Shown here piece by piece: positions 1 through 9,850 of a stretch of 64,000 nt of DNA. How positions within the stretch are numbered: the stretch's first letter is position 1; the number at the start of each line of letters is the position of its first letter. Below the pieces are notes generated by a model. The model ran no database searches, had not been told where the DNA came from, and worked only from the letters and a program-made list of their open reading frames with translations. The translations under genes and the position numbers were made by a program. Source of the DNA: Opitutus sp. GAS368 (lineage in GTDB: Bacteria > Verrucomicrobiota > Verrucomicrobiia > Opitutales > Opitutaceae); the NCBI GenBank assembly GCA_945868215.1, contig CAMBLN010000001.1, positions 5,424-69,423 on the forward strand, given 5' to 3'.

Positions 1-802
1 CTCCGCCTCCAATCTTGAAAAGCTCGCGATTGAAGAGCGCCTTTTCGCCGCCTCCGTCGTAACGCCTGCCGCCCGAGCCAACGACACCTCTGACATCTGG
101 GTTGTGCGCGGCGGCCGCTATCCGCGCCAAGCCTCCCGCTCCTTCCGCTCCGCTACCCTCGACCACATCATGCACGGCATGATGGACGCCCCGCCCCAAG
201 CCGAGGTCGTCGGTGCCGACCTAGGCCTCTACTCCATCACCTTCACCAACGATCTCGATTGGGACTACAAAGCTCTGCAGGACTACCACGACTTCCGCAT
301 CGAAGCCGAACGCCGCGGTTTCCGCCACTTCCTAGAAGTTTTTAACCCCAACGTCGACCCCCACCTCGGCGGAGGCAGCGTTGCCGGTTTCCTTAACGAC
401 CACGTCGTGCGCACTCTTGCCGGTGTCGCCTCCCGCGGACGCCCGCTCTTCCTTAAAATACCTTACAACGGCCCCGCCGCCCTCGAAGAACTCGTCGCTT
501 ACGACCCGCATCTCGTCGTGGGCATCCTCGGCGGATCCGCCGGCACCACCCTGGACGCCTTCCGTCTCATCCACGACGCCCGCCGTCATGGCGCACGCGT
601 CGCCCTCTTCGGCCGCAAAATCAACCTCAGCGAACACCCGCTGACCTTTATACGCTACCTGCGCGCAATAGTTGAAGACACCATCACGCCCGAAGAAGCA
701 GTGCGCGCCTACCATGGCGACCTCGCCAAACTCGGAATAAAACCCGCCCGCGCGCTCGGCGACGATCTGCAGATCAGCGATCAAGCCATGTCTTATCGCT
801 GA
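1..802 (+). CDS. 5'-truncated aldolase-like TIM-barrel protein (class I aldolase/DeoC-LacD-like, uncharacterised)
   Basis: The frame of ORF 104..802 is open back to the window edge. FLKIPY (Schiff-base-like Lys), VGILGG and ALFGRKI motifs are typical of class I aldolase-like barrels. It lies upstream of a sugar isomerase and a kinase. Confidence 0.5.
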   Translation, partial: SASNLEKLAIEERLFAASVVTPAARANDTSDIWVVRGGRYPRQASRSFRSATLDHIMHGMMDAPPQAEVVGADLGLYSITFTNDLDWDYKALQDYHDFRIEAERRGFRHFLEVFNPNVDPHLGGGSVAGFLNDHVVRTLAGVASRGRPLFLKIPYNGPAALEELVAYDPHLVVGILGGSAGTTLDAFRLIHDARRHGARVALFGRKINLSEHPLTFIRYLRAIVEDTITPEEAVRAYHGDLAKLGIKPARALGDDLQISDQAMSYR

Positions 803-827
803 TTTCTAATCCTCTATACCTTCAATA

Positions 828-1403
828 ATGAAACGCTCCGAAATCAACGCCACCCATCGCGCTGCCTCCGCCTGCTTCGCAGCACACCACTGGGCCCTTC
901 CACCCGCCCCAAAGTGGGACATCACCGACTTCGGCCTCGGGGATTTCAGCACCCACGGCCTAACCTTGGTCAACCTCGCGGAAGAACCCGAGTATTGCGA
1001 AAAACTAATGTATGCCCGCCGAGGGCAGACCACGCCCTGCCACACCCACGCCAAGAAAAAAGAAGACATCATCTGTCGCTCCGGCGAGCTTACCCTCGCC
1101 CTTTGGCCCACCCGCCCCGCCTCGCCCGCCAGCCCACCCGGTGGCTTGATTGTCCCCGTCAACGGCACCCTCATGCCCTTGGCCCCGGGTGAAAAACTTG
1201 TCCTCCCATCGGGCTCCCGCGTCACACTCTTACCCGGCGTCTGGCACGCATTTTACCCGACCAGTGAAGAATGCATCATAGGTGAAGTTTCGACCGCCAA
1301 TGACGACCTCGCTGACAACTTTTTTCTCAACCCCGACATCGGCCGTTTCCCCGGCATCGAAGAAGACGAACCCGCCACCCTCCGCCTCATCTCCGAAAGA
1401 TAA
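828..1403 (+). CDS. D-lyxose/D-mannose ketol-isomerase family (cupin)
   Basis: MKRSEIN start, WDITDFGLGDF, YCEKLM, TPCHTHAKKKEDII metal-binding cupin motif, PGVWHAF, IGEVSTANDD. Confidence 0.85.
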   Translation: MKRSEINATHRAASACFAAHHWALPPAPKWDITDFGLGDFSTHGLTLVNLAEEPEYCEKLMYARRGQTTPCHTHAKKKEDIICRSGELTLALWPTRPASPASPPGGLIVPVNGTLMPLAPGEKLVLPSGSRVTLLPGVWHAFYPTSEECIIGEVSTANDDLADNFFLNPDIGRFPGIEEDEPATLRLISER

Positions 1404-1445
1404 TCGTAATCATCTCTTACACGCCCTCCGCCCAGCCACCACCGC

Positions 1446-2561
1446 ATGTCCACTCCTGCCGCCCGATCCGTCCTCGCAGAACGCCTGCGCGCCCATACCG
1501 CCCCGCTACCCTCTGTCGCCATCGGCTTTGACGGATTCATCGACGAAATGATCCGCCTCGTCGGCCGGCGCCACAACCTCGACTCCTACACCGCCGTGCC
1601 CACGATAGCCGCCTTCGGCGAACTCGTAACCCGCGCCGCCGGTCGCAGCAGCCTCAGCGAAATCGTCGTCACCGCCGTTCACGCCGGCGGCTGCGCCGTC
1701 AATATGGGCGACGGACTCGCCGCACTCGGCATCCCCGTGGATTGCTTTGCCACCCTCGGCCAACCCATACATCCCGCCTTCGGCGAAGCCACCGCCCGCT
1801 TCCGCTCCATCCACTCCTGGGGCCGCGAGCCCGGACGCACCCTCGCCTACGAATTTGCAGACGGTAAACTGATGTTCAGCTCCGTCACCCAGCTTGCCGA
1901 ACTCACCCCCGCCCGCGTCGATCAATTCCTCGCCGACGGCGCCTACGCCGCCGCCTGCCGCGCCGCCCCCCTCATCGCCATCACCGACTGGACGCTCTAC
2001 CCTCACATGACCGCCGTCTGGCGCCACCTCCAGACCGAGGTGTATTCAAAACTCCCGCACAAACCATCCTTCCTCATCGACCTTGTCGATCCCTCCACTC
2101 GCTCCCCCGAGGACATCCGCGCCATGCTCGCCACCCTTCCCGGCTTCGAGTCCAGCGGCCCCGTCACCCTCGGTCTCAACGGCAACGAAGCGAACATTCT
2201 CGCCCGCCTCGTCAACCTACCCGAGTCCACCGAAGACCACGCCTCCGCCCTTGGGCTGGCCCGTTCCCTCCGCGCCCGCCTCGGCATCTCCGCCGTCGTC
2301 ATCCACTACATCAAACTCGCCGCCGTCTCGGCCGGCGACGGCGAGGCCACCATATCCGGCCCCTTCTGCGCCGCGCCGAAAAAAAGCACCGGTGCCGGCG
2401 ACCGCTTCAACGCCGGTTACGCCCTCGGCCAACTCCTCGGCCTACCCCCCGTAGAACGCCTGCTCGGTGCCTGCGCCTGCTCGGGCTTCTTCGTCCGTGA
2501 AGCCCGCAGCGCCAGCCTCCACGAACTGGCCGCGTTCCTTGATCACTCCGAATGGTCATGA
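1446..2561 (+). CDS. PfkB/ribokinase-family carbohydrate kinase
   Basis: C-terminal KSTGAGDRFNAG PfkB signature, plus GGCAVNMG and LGLNGNEA. Confidence 0.75.
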   Translation: MSTPAARSVLAERLRAHTAPLPSVAIGFDGFIDEMIRLVGRRHNLDSYTAVPTIAAFGELVTRAAGRSSLSEIVVTAVHAGGCAVNMGDGLAALGIPVDCFATLGQPIHPAFGEATARFRSIHSWGREPGRTLAYEFADGKLMFSSVTQLAELTPARVDQFLADGAYAAACRAAPLIAITDWTLYPHMTAVWRHLQTEVYSKLPHKPSFLIDLVDPSTRSPEDIRAMLATLPGFESSGPVTLGLNGNEANILARLVNLPESTEDHASALGLARSLRARLGISAVVIHYIKLAAVSAGDGEATISGPFCAAPKKSTGAGDRFNAGYALGQLLGLPPVERLLGACACSGFFVREARSASLHELAAFLDHSEWS

Positions 2562-2612
2562 TTCCCGCGCTCACCTCCCGCCTCGGCGAGCACCGCGGTT
2601 CCATCTGAAAGA

Positions 2613-2624
2613 TTTAACGTTGTA
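2613..2624. promoter_or_regulatory. Putative LacI-type operator box TTTAACGTTGTA
   Basis: Matches the palindromic consensus T(G/T)TA(A/T)CG(A/T)TnnA found in several intergenic regions. It ends 35 bp upstream of the ATG at 2660. Confidence 0.45.
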
Positions 2625-2659
2625 GTAAATCGCACTGACGATTATTTTTTCATTACAAG

Positions 2660-4612
2660 ATGATCACTCTACGCCCCATGGTTTTCATGCTGATCGCGCC
2701 GCTATACGCATTAGGCCAGGGTGCAGACCCTGCGCCTCAGCCAACGGCAAAACCCGGAGCCTCCCTATATGCACCTGCCGCGAAAACCGGCAAACCCCGG
2801 CTCTTTACGGTCGGCTCAAGAGGCACCACGCGATTACAGAACGCAATGGCCCTCTCCAACGGCGATTTTTTGCTGGTCGGAGCGACCGATGATATCAGTT
2901 GGACTGCCGGTGCGCCACGCACTTCGCTTTCGCTCCCCCCCGGGGCTTCTCTGCCGGGCGGCAACGGCACAACCACACCTTTTGTGTTACACGTTTCGGA
3001 AGACTTTGAAAACGTGAAACGTATATACACGTTACCCTCCGGATCGCTCGCCGAAGTAACCCGTATTCGCTCCACCGAAATCCCCGGCCAGCCCACGGGA
3101 GTGCTGGTCATCAGCGGGCGGTTCGCCGGACTGGGCGGTCCAAAAGATGCCTACTGGATCGCCCGCCTGAATGGCAACGGAGTCGACAAACCGATTTCCG
3201 GGATCGCGTGGTTGCAGGTCGTGAAGGCCCCCGGGGACGCGGCGAATGAAAAAAAGCCGGAGCAGCCCGGCGACTACGCCATGCGTCAACCGTGGGATGT
3301 GCGCAACGACGGACAGGTTATCTACGCCGAAGGAGAGCCGTTCGCAACCACTTGGGCGGCGTTGCGCGTGCTCTCTGCGGACGGAAAACCCGGAGTGATG
3401 CCCGCATGGATCAACGAGGGCACCGGCCCCATGCTCCCGCTCAAAGCCGGCCGCAAGGGCAGCCTGCGCTCCAAGACCCCGGAGGAATTTGAAGTGCGCC
3501 AAGCGGACGAAAACGGCAACCCGGGCCGCAAGGGCAGGTATCCAGACGACTACTACTTCTCCGCTCATGATTCCGACAAGGGCCCCGGCTACACCGGCTA
3601 CCGCCTCGGTCAAAATCACACCCAGCGGGTAAGTTCCCTCGCCATTGACCGCCGCGACAACGCGCTGTTTTTCGGCACTTCGACGCAGACCCGCCTGCCT
3701 GGCGGTCTGCCCGACTTCGAGCCCGCGATCATCGCCCTGAACGCGGACGGTTCCCTGCGTTGGTGGGCCCGGGGCTACGCGGAGACACAGGACGGCAACA
3801 ACTCGCCGCCCGACCAATACGTGGACTGCGTTTCCGTGGACTACGCTTTCGACCGTCTCCTCGTGGCGGCGCGTTGCCACGGCAACAACACGGTCAACTT
3901 CTGGCGCGGAGACGTCATAGCGCGTAATCCGGGGCGTCCCGGCTTCAAGCACTCCTTCACCGGGCGCTTCAGCAACATCCACATCTCGTGGCTCGGGCGC
4001 TACGCGTTGTCCGACGGAGCCATTCACAACGCGACCTACGTGGCCGAGATGGCCCAAGGCATGCCCCAAGGCTCGCTAATCACGGAAGGCCTGCTCGAGG
4101 GATGGCCGTCGCCCAACGACTGGATCGACCTCACGACCACGAAGGTTCACGAGCTGAGCACGGATCCGTTCGGCAGGGCCGTCCTCCTGGGATTTGGCCG
4201 CCGCCCCTACACCACCAAGGGTGCGCTGCTGGAAAACGTAAAGCCGGTGGAGGGCGTCTCGCGCTGGACCCATTTCGCGCGGGTGTATTCGCCAGATGTC
4301 GCGGCCCTGAACTATTCGACCATCCTACGCGGAAAGTGGGATCAGGCGACCGGCAAGAGCGCGGGCGACGAGCAGCAATTTGGCGCGCCGGTGCCGCTCG
4401 CGGACGGCTTTCTTATCACTGGCGCGCAGACGCGGGGTGAAGGGGGCTTCTCGCCCATGCCCTTCACCGGCGCTCCGGCCTGGGGCTCGACCGAGCCCGG
4501 CGCGGGCGCCGTGAGCGTGGGCGTCGTGGCGGTGATTCCCGTGCCGCCGCCTCCCCCTCCTCCCAAGCCGCTGGACTTCACGCCCGAGGACGCGCCGAAG
4601 CGCCGCCGCTGA
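2660..4612 (+). CDS. Secreted protein of unknown function, probable beta-propeller (paralog of 26696..28696)
   Basis: 650-aa ORF with an N-terminal signal-like segment, beta-rich repeats, long blocks nearly identical to 26696..28696 and a poly-Pro/basic tail. Confidence 0.75.
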   Translation: MITLRPMVFMLIAPLYALGQGADPAPQPTAKPGASLYAPAAKTGKPRLFTVGSRGTTRLQNAMALSNGDFLLVGATDDISWTAGAPRTSLSLPPGASLPGGNGTTTPFVLHVSEDFENVKRIYTLPSGSLAEVTRIRSTEIPGQPTGVLVISGRFAGLGGPKDAYWIARLNGNGVDKPISGIAWLQVVKAPGDAANEKKPEQPGDYAMRQPWDVRNDGQVIYAEGEPFATTWAALRVLSADGKPGVMPAWINEGTGPMLPLKAGRKGSLRSKTPEEFEVRQADENGNPGRKGRYPDDYYFSAHDSDKGPGYTGYRLGQNHTQRVSSLAIDRRDNALFFGTSTQTRLPGGLPDFEPAIIALNADGSLRWWARGYAETQDGNNSPPDQYVDCVSVDYAFDRLLVAARCHGNNTVNFWRGDVIARNPGRPGFKHSFTGRFSNIHISWLGRYALSDGAIHNATYVAEMAQGMPQGSLITEGLLEGWPSPNDWIDLTTTKVHELSTDPFGRAVLLGFGRRPYTTKGALLENVKPVEGVSRWTHFARVYSPDVAALNYSTILRGKWDQATGKSAGDEQQFGAPVPLADGFLITGAQTRGEGGFSPMPFTGAPAWGSTEPGAGAVSVGVVAVIPVPPPPPPPKPLDFTPEDAPKRRR

Positions 4613-4627
4613 GAAAAGTCTGACGGG

Positions 4628-5404
4628 CTACGACGAGGGATCCGCCGGAGCCGGGGGCAGGAGGATCAACGAGACGCCCATCGCGCCGCCGGGCGCGAGC
4701 AGGGCGTGGCGGCGGCGATTGGGATTGATGACGATCGAGCTGCGATCCACCAGCCGCCACTGCCCCGCGTCCTCGACCGCAAAGCTCAGCCGCACGCTGG
4801 CGGGCTTGCCGGTGGGCGTGGAGACCGGCACGAAACGCTGCTCGCGCGCGCCCAGCGTGAACTGCTCCCGACCGAGTTCGAGCGCCACGGGTTTCGACAT
4901 CAGGCTAAGGATCCCCATGCGCCCGGGCGGCAACGCCTTTTCGCTTTGGTCGAAAACCCGATAGCCCGTGATGCGATCACCGTTGAAACTGAGAACAATC
5001 AAGACATTCGGCGAGTCGGGCAGATTCGCCTTCATCACCGGTTTCCAGATTTGCGGAAGCGTGTGCGGGGCCGGATCCGGGAGCCCGGGATTTTTGCTGC
5101 GCCAGGCGGCCAGCGCGACGGGGTCGGTCTCGGCCTGCGTGAACACCAGCTCGTTCGATTGAACACGCTGGTAGGGTCCGACGCGCGCCAGATCGCTCAG
5201 TGCCACCAGGCGGCGATCCTTGGGGCCAAGCTCGACGCCGAGTTCCTTGCTAGGCTCGCCTCCACCCATCAGTTGGACACAGATGTTTTGGCGCGGCGCC
5301 TTCGACTCCGGGTCCGGAGCGGCGGCGAGGCGGGCGGCGCAGGGGAGGAGAAGCAAAAAGAGCAGGCCCAACGGCCGGGCGAGCGGGCAAAGGAGCGATT
5401 TCAT
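4628..5404 (-). CDS. Exported hypothetical protein downstream of the pilin-like gene
   Basis: ATG at 5404 (MKSLLCPLARPLGLLFLLLLPCAARLAA) gives a signal peptide and avoids overlap with the upstream gene; 258 aa. Confidence 0.65.
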   Translation of the reverse strand: MKSLLCPLARPLGLLFLLLLPCAARLAAAPDPESKAPRQNICVQLMGGGEPSKELGVELGPKDRRLVALSDLARVGPYQRVQSNELVFTQAETDPVALAAWRSKNPGLPDPAPHTLPQIWKPVMKANLPDSPNVLIVLSFNGDRITGYRVFDQSEKALPPGRMGILSLMSKPVALELGREQFTLGAREQRFVPVSTPTGKPASVRLSFAVEDAGQWRLVDRSSIVINPNRRRHALLAPGGAMGVSLILLPPAPADPSS

Positions 5405-5436
5405 GGGAGAGCGGACCGGGCGTGGAAACGGGTGAA

Positions 5437-8400
5437 TCAAACGTCGGAGGGCGAAAGCCACCGGAAGGACACGACCTTGTAGCGACGGCCGAAGACGAGG
5501 TTGTCGGTGCGATGGGACGTGGCGGGGTTCCAAGTATTGGCCGCCGCGGAGGTGTCGCTCGGGCGCCACTTTTCGGCGGAGTCGGTCTCGTCGACAAACT
5601 CGGGGACGCGCTGCACCACGGCCTCAAGCCAGGCACGGGCCTGGGTCTCACCCGTGATCGGATTGCGAACATCCCCGTAAGTGCGGATACGGAAAGTGTC
5701 AGACCTCGCAGAGAGAACGGGGCCGAGCGCCTGCAGGATGTCGGCCTGGGTAAGGTAGCCGGGCATGCCGAACGCGCGGGTGCGAAGGGCGAGCGGCGCG
5801 TCCGCGATGATGAAGAGGGATCCGGTGGTCCCGATGCCGTTCGCGGCGCCCGTCACCTCGCGATGAGCGCCGGCGGCCATGCGGGAAAAATTCACGCTGT
5901 AGGGAGCGCGTCCGTAACCCACCGGATTGCTACTCGAGGTGTTGGTATTGAGGATGATCTCGCGCATGAGGTTGTCATTGATGCCCGCGTAAGTCGCGAC
6001 GTTCCCGGTGACGGGATCGTAGGAGCGGACTCGGTCGATCGCGCTCTGGAGCGGCCCCAGATAACGTTGCAGTCCCTGACGCCGCGTAACGGCGTCGGCA
6101 CTTTCGGCGTCGCCACCAGCCTGGGGCTTGCGGTTGACGAAACCGGCCAGGCTCAGGGCCGGACCGCGGGCGCGGATCTCATCGACAATTTGATCCGCGA
6201 GTGCCGCGATTTGAGTGTCGGTGAGAGCACGGAAGCGGTCGCTTTCTTGTATGCGGTGGCTAGGCAGGCCCGTATTGGGGATGTTGGTTTGAAACGGATC
6301 GCCGACGGCGCCGTTCACGCGCAACACAGGGGTTTGGCCGGGAACGGTGTTGAAACCGGGCACAGCGGCGTTGCGCATGCTGGAGAGCATGGCGATCCAC
6401 GCCTCACGCGAGGTGGAGTTTATGTTGAAAGCACCGACCACCGTCTGATTCGCGGCGGCCGTGTCGAACGCCCGGAGCGCGGCGGTCGCAGCGGGGTCGC
6501 CCGAAGCGATCAGGTTATTCCGGTCATAAAGAGCGAGCCGCGGGTTGCGCGAGACCGAAGAGGTGGCAGACGAAGGGTCGACGCCCGAGAAGTAGTAACG
6601 ATCCCACAAGGCGCGATTGGCGAGGAGGCTCAGGTCAAAGTGGGCGCGCAGCCATCGCGACTCGCTGCGAAGATTGGTCGAGGTGATCGTATTCCAGTTG
6701 TTAGGAAAGCCGTCGACGTCGGCCGCGTTCACAAGCGGATCGGCGAGTGAGTTGCCCACCGCCTGCGCGGGCATGTGGCTCGCGGCGTAGCCAGTGGGCA
6801 CGGCGGCGGCGAGGTTAGCCGGCGGATCATGAAGGATGCCGGTCGTGGGATGAAGATCGGCGTGCTGGAGCGCGCCGACCGACAAAGTGGTGTTGGCGGT
6901 CCGGGGAAGGTGCCGGACGATCAGTCGGTGCGAGCCCTCCACATTGCCCACGGGATTGGACGGATCGACGATCCGACCGGTCGACGAACCGACGTAGGCA
7001 CGGCTCAGGTCAGGATCCCAGGTCGGAATGCGAAATTTCGTGGGGTGGTGCGTGATGAAGTTATCGCCGTGGTAATCCAAGATACCCGGGTAAGCGAAGA
7101 GCGGGTTGGCCGCGTAGCCGCCGCCCGAGGTGTTGGTGCCGGTGGAGGACTCGACCATGCTGCGCCCGAGGCGGGAGGAGAACGGATTAAGCGAACCGAG
7201 CCAGCGCATGGCCCTGGCGGAAGCGGCGGCACCGCCGGAACCCGCCTGGTAGGGCCGCACATCGACGTGGGGCAGCGCGGACTCCATGCGAAAAACGAAA
7301 TTCAGGGCCGTGGCGGGGGGGATGGCGTTGCCGACCTGGATCTCGTCGATCTCGGCTCCGTCCCAGTCGGTGTCCCACTCGACAAACCGAGTGGAGTGCG
7401 GGCCGGTGTTGTTGTTCACGAGCAGGGCGCCGGGCGGCACCCAGGAGGCGGAGCCGTTGTCCGGAAGCGGATTCACGCCCGGGAAGGGTTCCGCATACGC
7501 GGTGTAATCCACGAAGCGCGTGTAGTGCGGGCTGCGGTCGTTGTCCAAGGCGGCGTGCCCGGAGGAACTGATGTCGGAGACGGTCTGGAGCAGATTCTCC
7601 GGAATCTGCGGCACGCCCGCGGGACCGTTACGAAAAGTGCCGCCAAGCCCCAGTGAAAAGCGCTGATTCGTGCATAGCTCCACAGGCCAGGTGCCGAGCA
7701 CGTAGCGAATTTGATTGCCGGGTGGTATGCCGGCGCTGAAGCGCTCGGTGAACGCCGACACGCGCCAGCCTGGAGTCATGATGTTTTGCCGCGGATCCTC
7801 CTGCAGCGGGGCCGTGGAGGACGGAGTGAAGACGACCGCCTCGCCGGGAGGGATGTCGCCGGCGCGGATGACAAAGCGGAGGCCCTTGCGTTGCCCCATG
7901 CGCTCGGAGACGAACTTGGCGCCGGTCAGGGTGCGACGGTTTGTCCACGCCTCCGCCGACTGGGGATTGGCCGGATTGGTGATGGCCGGGTAACCCGGGA
8001 AAACGTAGCGGTCGTCCCGGCCGCCGGGCGAGTGCACCGCGACGAAGGAAGGCCAGCTGGGCACTCCGCTGCTCACGTAGGGCGCGCCGATGTTCCAAGT
8101 CGTAGGAACCTGGGAGGCAGCAGTGCCGCTGAACTGAGTATAGTCGGCCTCATAATAGAACCCGTAGTCGGCCGCCGAGAGTGTGACATCGTAAGGATTC
8201 CAAAGCACGACCGCCGGCATATAGGCCGCACGAAGGCCGGGGCTGGAGGCGCCGCTGTTTTCCGCAAAGGCCACGATGAAAATCTGAAAGCGCGTGACTA
8301 CGGGGTGAATCGCCATGCGGCTGTCGGTGCCGGTGCGCGGCGCGACGCGCGCGCCGTCGCTTGCCACAAGATCCTTGGTCTGCACATAGGAACGGATCTT

Positions 8401-9723
8401 GCCCCAGTTGGGCCAGGCCGCGGGACCGGAGGCGGCGCTGGTGGTGGCGGGACCGGTGACGCTCCACGCCGGTGTGCGGAGGGCGGTGAGGTTCGCGGTC
8501 GTGAGCTGATTAAACGGGCGGCCGGCGCCGGCGGCGTTGTCGGTGCCGGTGGAGGGATTGGCACCCGGCGTCGTGAACAGTTGCTCCGAGTCCTTGATTT
8601 CGTCGGGCTGCGTGGAGCCGAGCAACCCGGCGGCCAAGTCCTTCTTGAGTCCGCCCGTGGACACATTCGTGAGCACGCCCGCGCTGAACGACGTGGCATC
8701 GTGGAAGCGGGCCTTTGCAGCAGTGGCAGTCACCCCGGGCAAAAGGTTGAACTGACCGTCTGCCACCACGCGAGAAAGCACGGTCAAAGGATTTTCAGGG
8801 GCGATTCCGCCGAAACCCGTCAACACCTCCGTGCCCGTGCGGGCGGCGACCAGCGTGCGCAGGCGGGCGTTGTCGCCGGTAGTGATGGCTTTGTTCGGAT
8901 CGTCGAGGTTCACGCGCGCCTTCACGCCTTCGTCTCCCACCCACCATGCGTAACGGCCAACCAAGGTGTTGCCCGGTGCGGCACCGAGGCCCGGGATCTG
9001 GCTCGTAGGCACGCCGATGTCCATAAGCGGCGCCACCACGTAATTGGCCTGCGGCGCGGCCGCATCGACGCTGTTGGCCGCCGACCCCGGACCCACCAGC
9101 ATGACTGCCGCACGCGCTGCACCTCCAGAGGGAGTGATCGTAAGCGGGTCGTTAATCGTTGCCGCCGCGCTCAATCCGCCAACCGCGCTGCCCGGCCCAA
9201 AATGAATAGATCCCACGCCGGTCGCGGGCGGAGCCGCCGTGACCTGCCCGAAACTCTCGCCGATCGTCGACACGCTGAACGCAACGTTTTCATTCCCGCT
9301 GACCAACCAGTTGAGCACGGCGGGCGTCTCGCCAGTGTGCGCTGCCTTGCGCGCGTCCAGAGGATTGATCGGGTTCGCGCTGTTTCCGATCACACCCGTC
9401 CACGCATAGGTGCCATCGGTCGCCGTCGGCAGGCCGTTGTCCAGAGTGGCCGCGTCACTATCCCCGACCGTGCCTATGTCGGCGGTCACTGTCACGCGTT
9501 GATCCGCCCCCGTAGTTCTCTGCAACTCCCCGATCGCCAAGTTCAACGCCATCATCGCCGTGTGCCTGGCCCGCGCTAATTTATCCGCATTACCCGCAAT
9601 CTCCGTCTCCACCCGTGTCAACGCAGCCAAACTCACCAGCAACAACACCAGAAACGCGAGAAGCAGCACGGTCACCATCAAAGCGAAACCACGCCGGCGT
9701 GAAGATGAAGGCAATGAAAGCAT
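5437..9723 (-). CDS. Verru_Chthon cassette protein A-like / PilX-GspK-type large minor pilin
   Basis: Prepilin-like N-terminus RRRG|FALMVTVLLLAFL...ARARHTAMMALNLAIGELQ...GADQRVT. Conserved C-terminus GMPGYLTQADILQALGPVLSARSDTFRIRTYG...AWLEAVVQRVPEFVD...GRRYKVVSFRWLSP. Confidence 0.85.
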   Translation of the reverse strand: MLSLPSSSRRRGFALMVTVLLLAFLVLLLVSLAALTRVETEIAGNADKLARARHTAMMALNLAIGELQRTTGADQRVTVTADIGTVGDSDAATLDNGLPTATDGTYAWTGVIGNSANPINPLDARKAAHTGETPAVLNWLVSGNENVAFSVSTIGESFGQVTAAPPATGVGSIHFGPGSAVGGLSAAATINDPLTITPSGGAARAAVMLVGPGSAANSVDAAAPQANYVVAPLMDIGVPTSQIPGLGAAPGNTLVGRYAWWVGDEGVKARVNLDDPNKAITTGDNARLRTLVAARTGTEVLTGFGGIAPENPLTVLSRVVADGQFNLLPGVTATAAKARFHDATSFSAGVLTNVSTGGLKKDLAAGLLGSTQPDEIKDSEQLFTTPGANPSTGTDNAAGAGRPFNQLTTANLTALRTPAWSVTGPATTSAASGPAAWPNWGKIRSYVQTKDLVASDGARVAPRTGTDSRMAIHPVVTRFQIFIVAFAENSGASSPGLRAAYMPAVVLWNPYDVTLSAADYGFYYEADYTQFSGTAASQVPTTWNIGAPYVSSGVPSWPSFVAVHSPGGRDDRYVFPGYPAITNPANPQSAEAWTNRRTLTGAKFVSERMGQRKGLRFVIRAGDIPPGEAVVFTPSSTAPLQEDPRQNIMTPGWRVSAFTERFSAGIPPGNQIRYVLGTWPVELCTNQRFSLGLGGTFRNGPAGVPQIPENLLQTVSDISSSGHAALDNDRSPHYTRFVDYTAYAEPFPGVNPLPDNGSASWVPPGALLVNNNTGPHSTRFVEWDTDWDGAEIDEIQVGNAIPPATALNFVFRMESALPHVDVRPYQAGSGGAAASARAMRWLGSLNPFSSRLGRSMVESSTGTNTSGGGYAANPLFAYPGILDYHGDNFITHHPTKFRIPTWDPDLSRAYVGSSTGRIVDPSNPVGNVEGSHRLIVRHLPRTANTTLSVGALQHADLHPTTGILHDPPANLAAAVPTGYAASHMPAQAVGNSLADPLVNAADVDGFPNNWNTITSTNLRSESRWLRAHFDLSLLANRALWDRYYFSGVDPSSATSSVSRNPRLALYDRNNLIASGDPAATAALRAFDTAAANQTVVGAFNINSTSREAWIAMLSSMRNAAVPGFNTVPGQTPVLRVNGAVGDPFQTNIPNTGLPSHRIQESDRFRALTDTQIAALADQIVDEIRARGPALSLAGFVNRKPQAGGDAESADAVTRRQGLQRYLGPLQSAIDRVRSYDPVTGNVATYAGINDNLMREIILNTNTSSSNPVGYGRAPYSVNFSRMAAGAHREVTGAANGIGTTGSLFIIADAPLALRTRAFGMPGYLTQADILQALGPVLSARSDTFRIRTYGDVRNPITGETQARAWLEAVVQRVPEFVDETDSAEKWRPSDTSAAANTWNPATSHRTDNLVFGRRYKVVSFRWLSPSDV

Positions 9724-9779
9724 ACTGGTCGCAAAATTACTGATGGGGGCAAAAGTGAGAGGAAAGGGGTATCGTCAAC

Positions 9780-9791
9780 TTTAACGTTAAA
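9780..9791. promoter_or_regulatory. Perfect palindrome TTTAACGTTAAA (putative operator)
   Basis: 12-bp perfect palindrome in the AT-rich intergenic region upstream of the pilin-like gene; matches the recurring consensus. Confidence 0.5.
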
Positions 9792-9850
9792 CAAAAGGTG
9801 TGAACCGTAAATGTCGAGAGGTATAAGCAACAAGTATCAAAGTGGCTTGT

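Noticed and set aside
4530-4570. C-rich low-complexity tract as a DNA repeat element
   Set aside because: It simply encodes the poly-Pro tail of the 650-aa protein.
7711-9579. Long antisense/shadow ORFs (e.g. 7711..9579 +, 24646..26466 +, 39449..41071 -, 52070..54442 +, 57465..59699 -)
   Set aside because: They overlap well-supported genes and give low-complexity Arg/Gly/Pro/Ala-rich translations, as expected in high-GC DNA.
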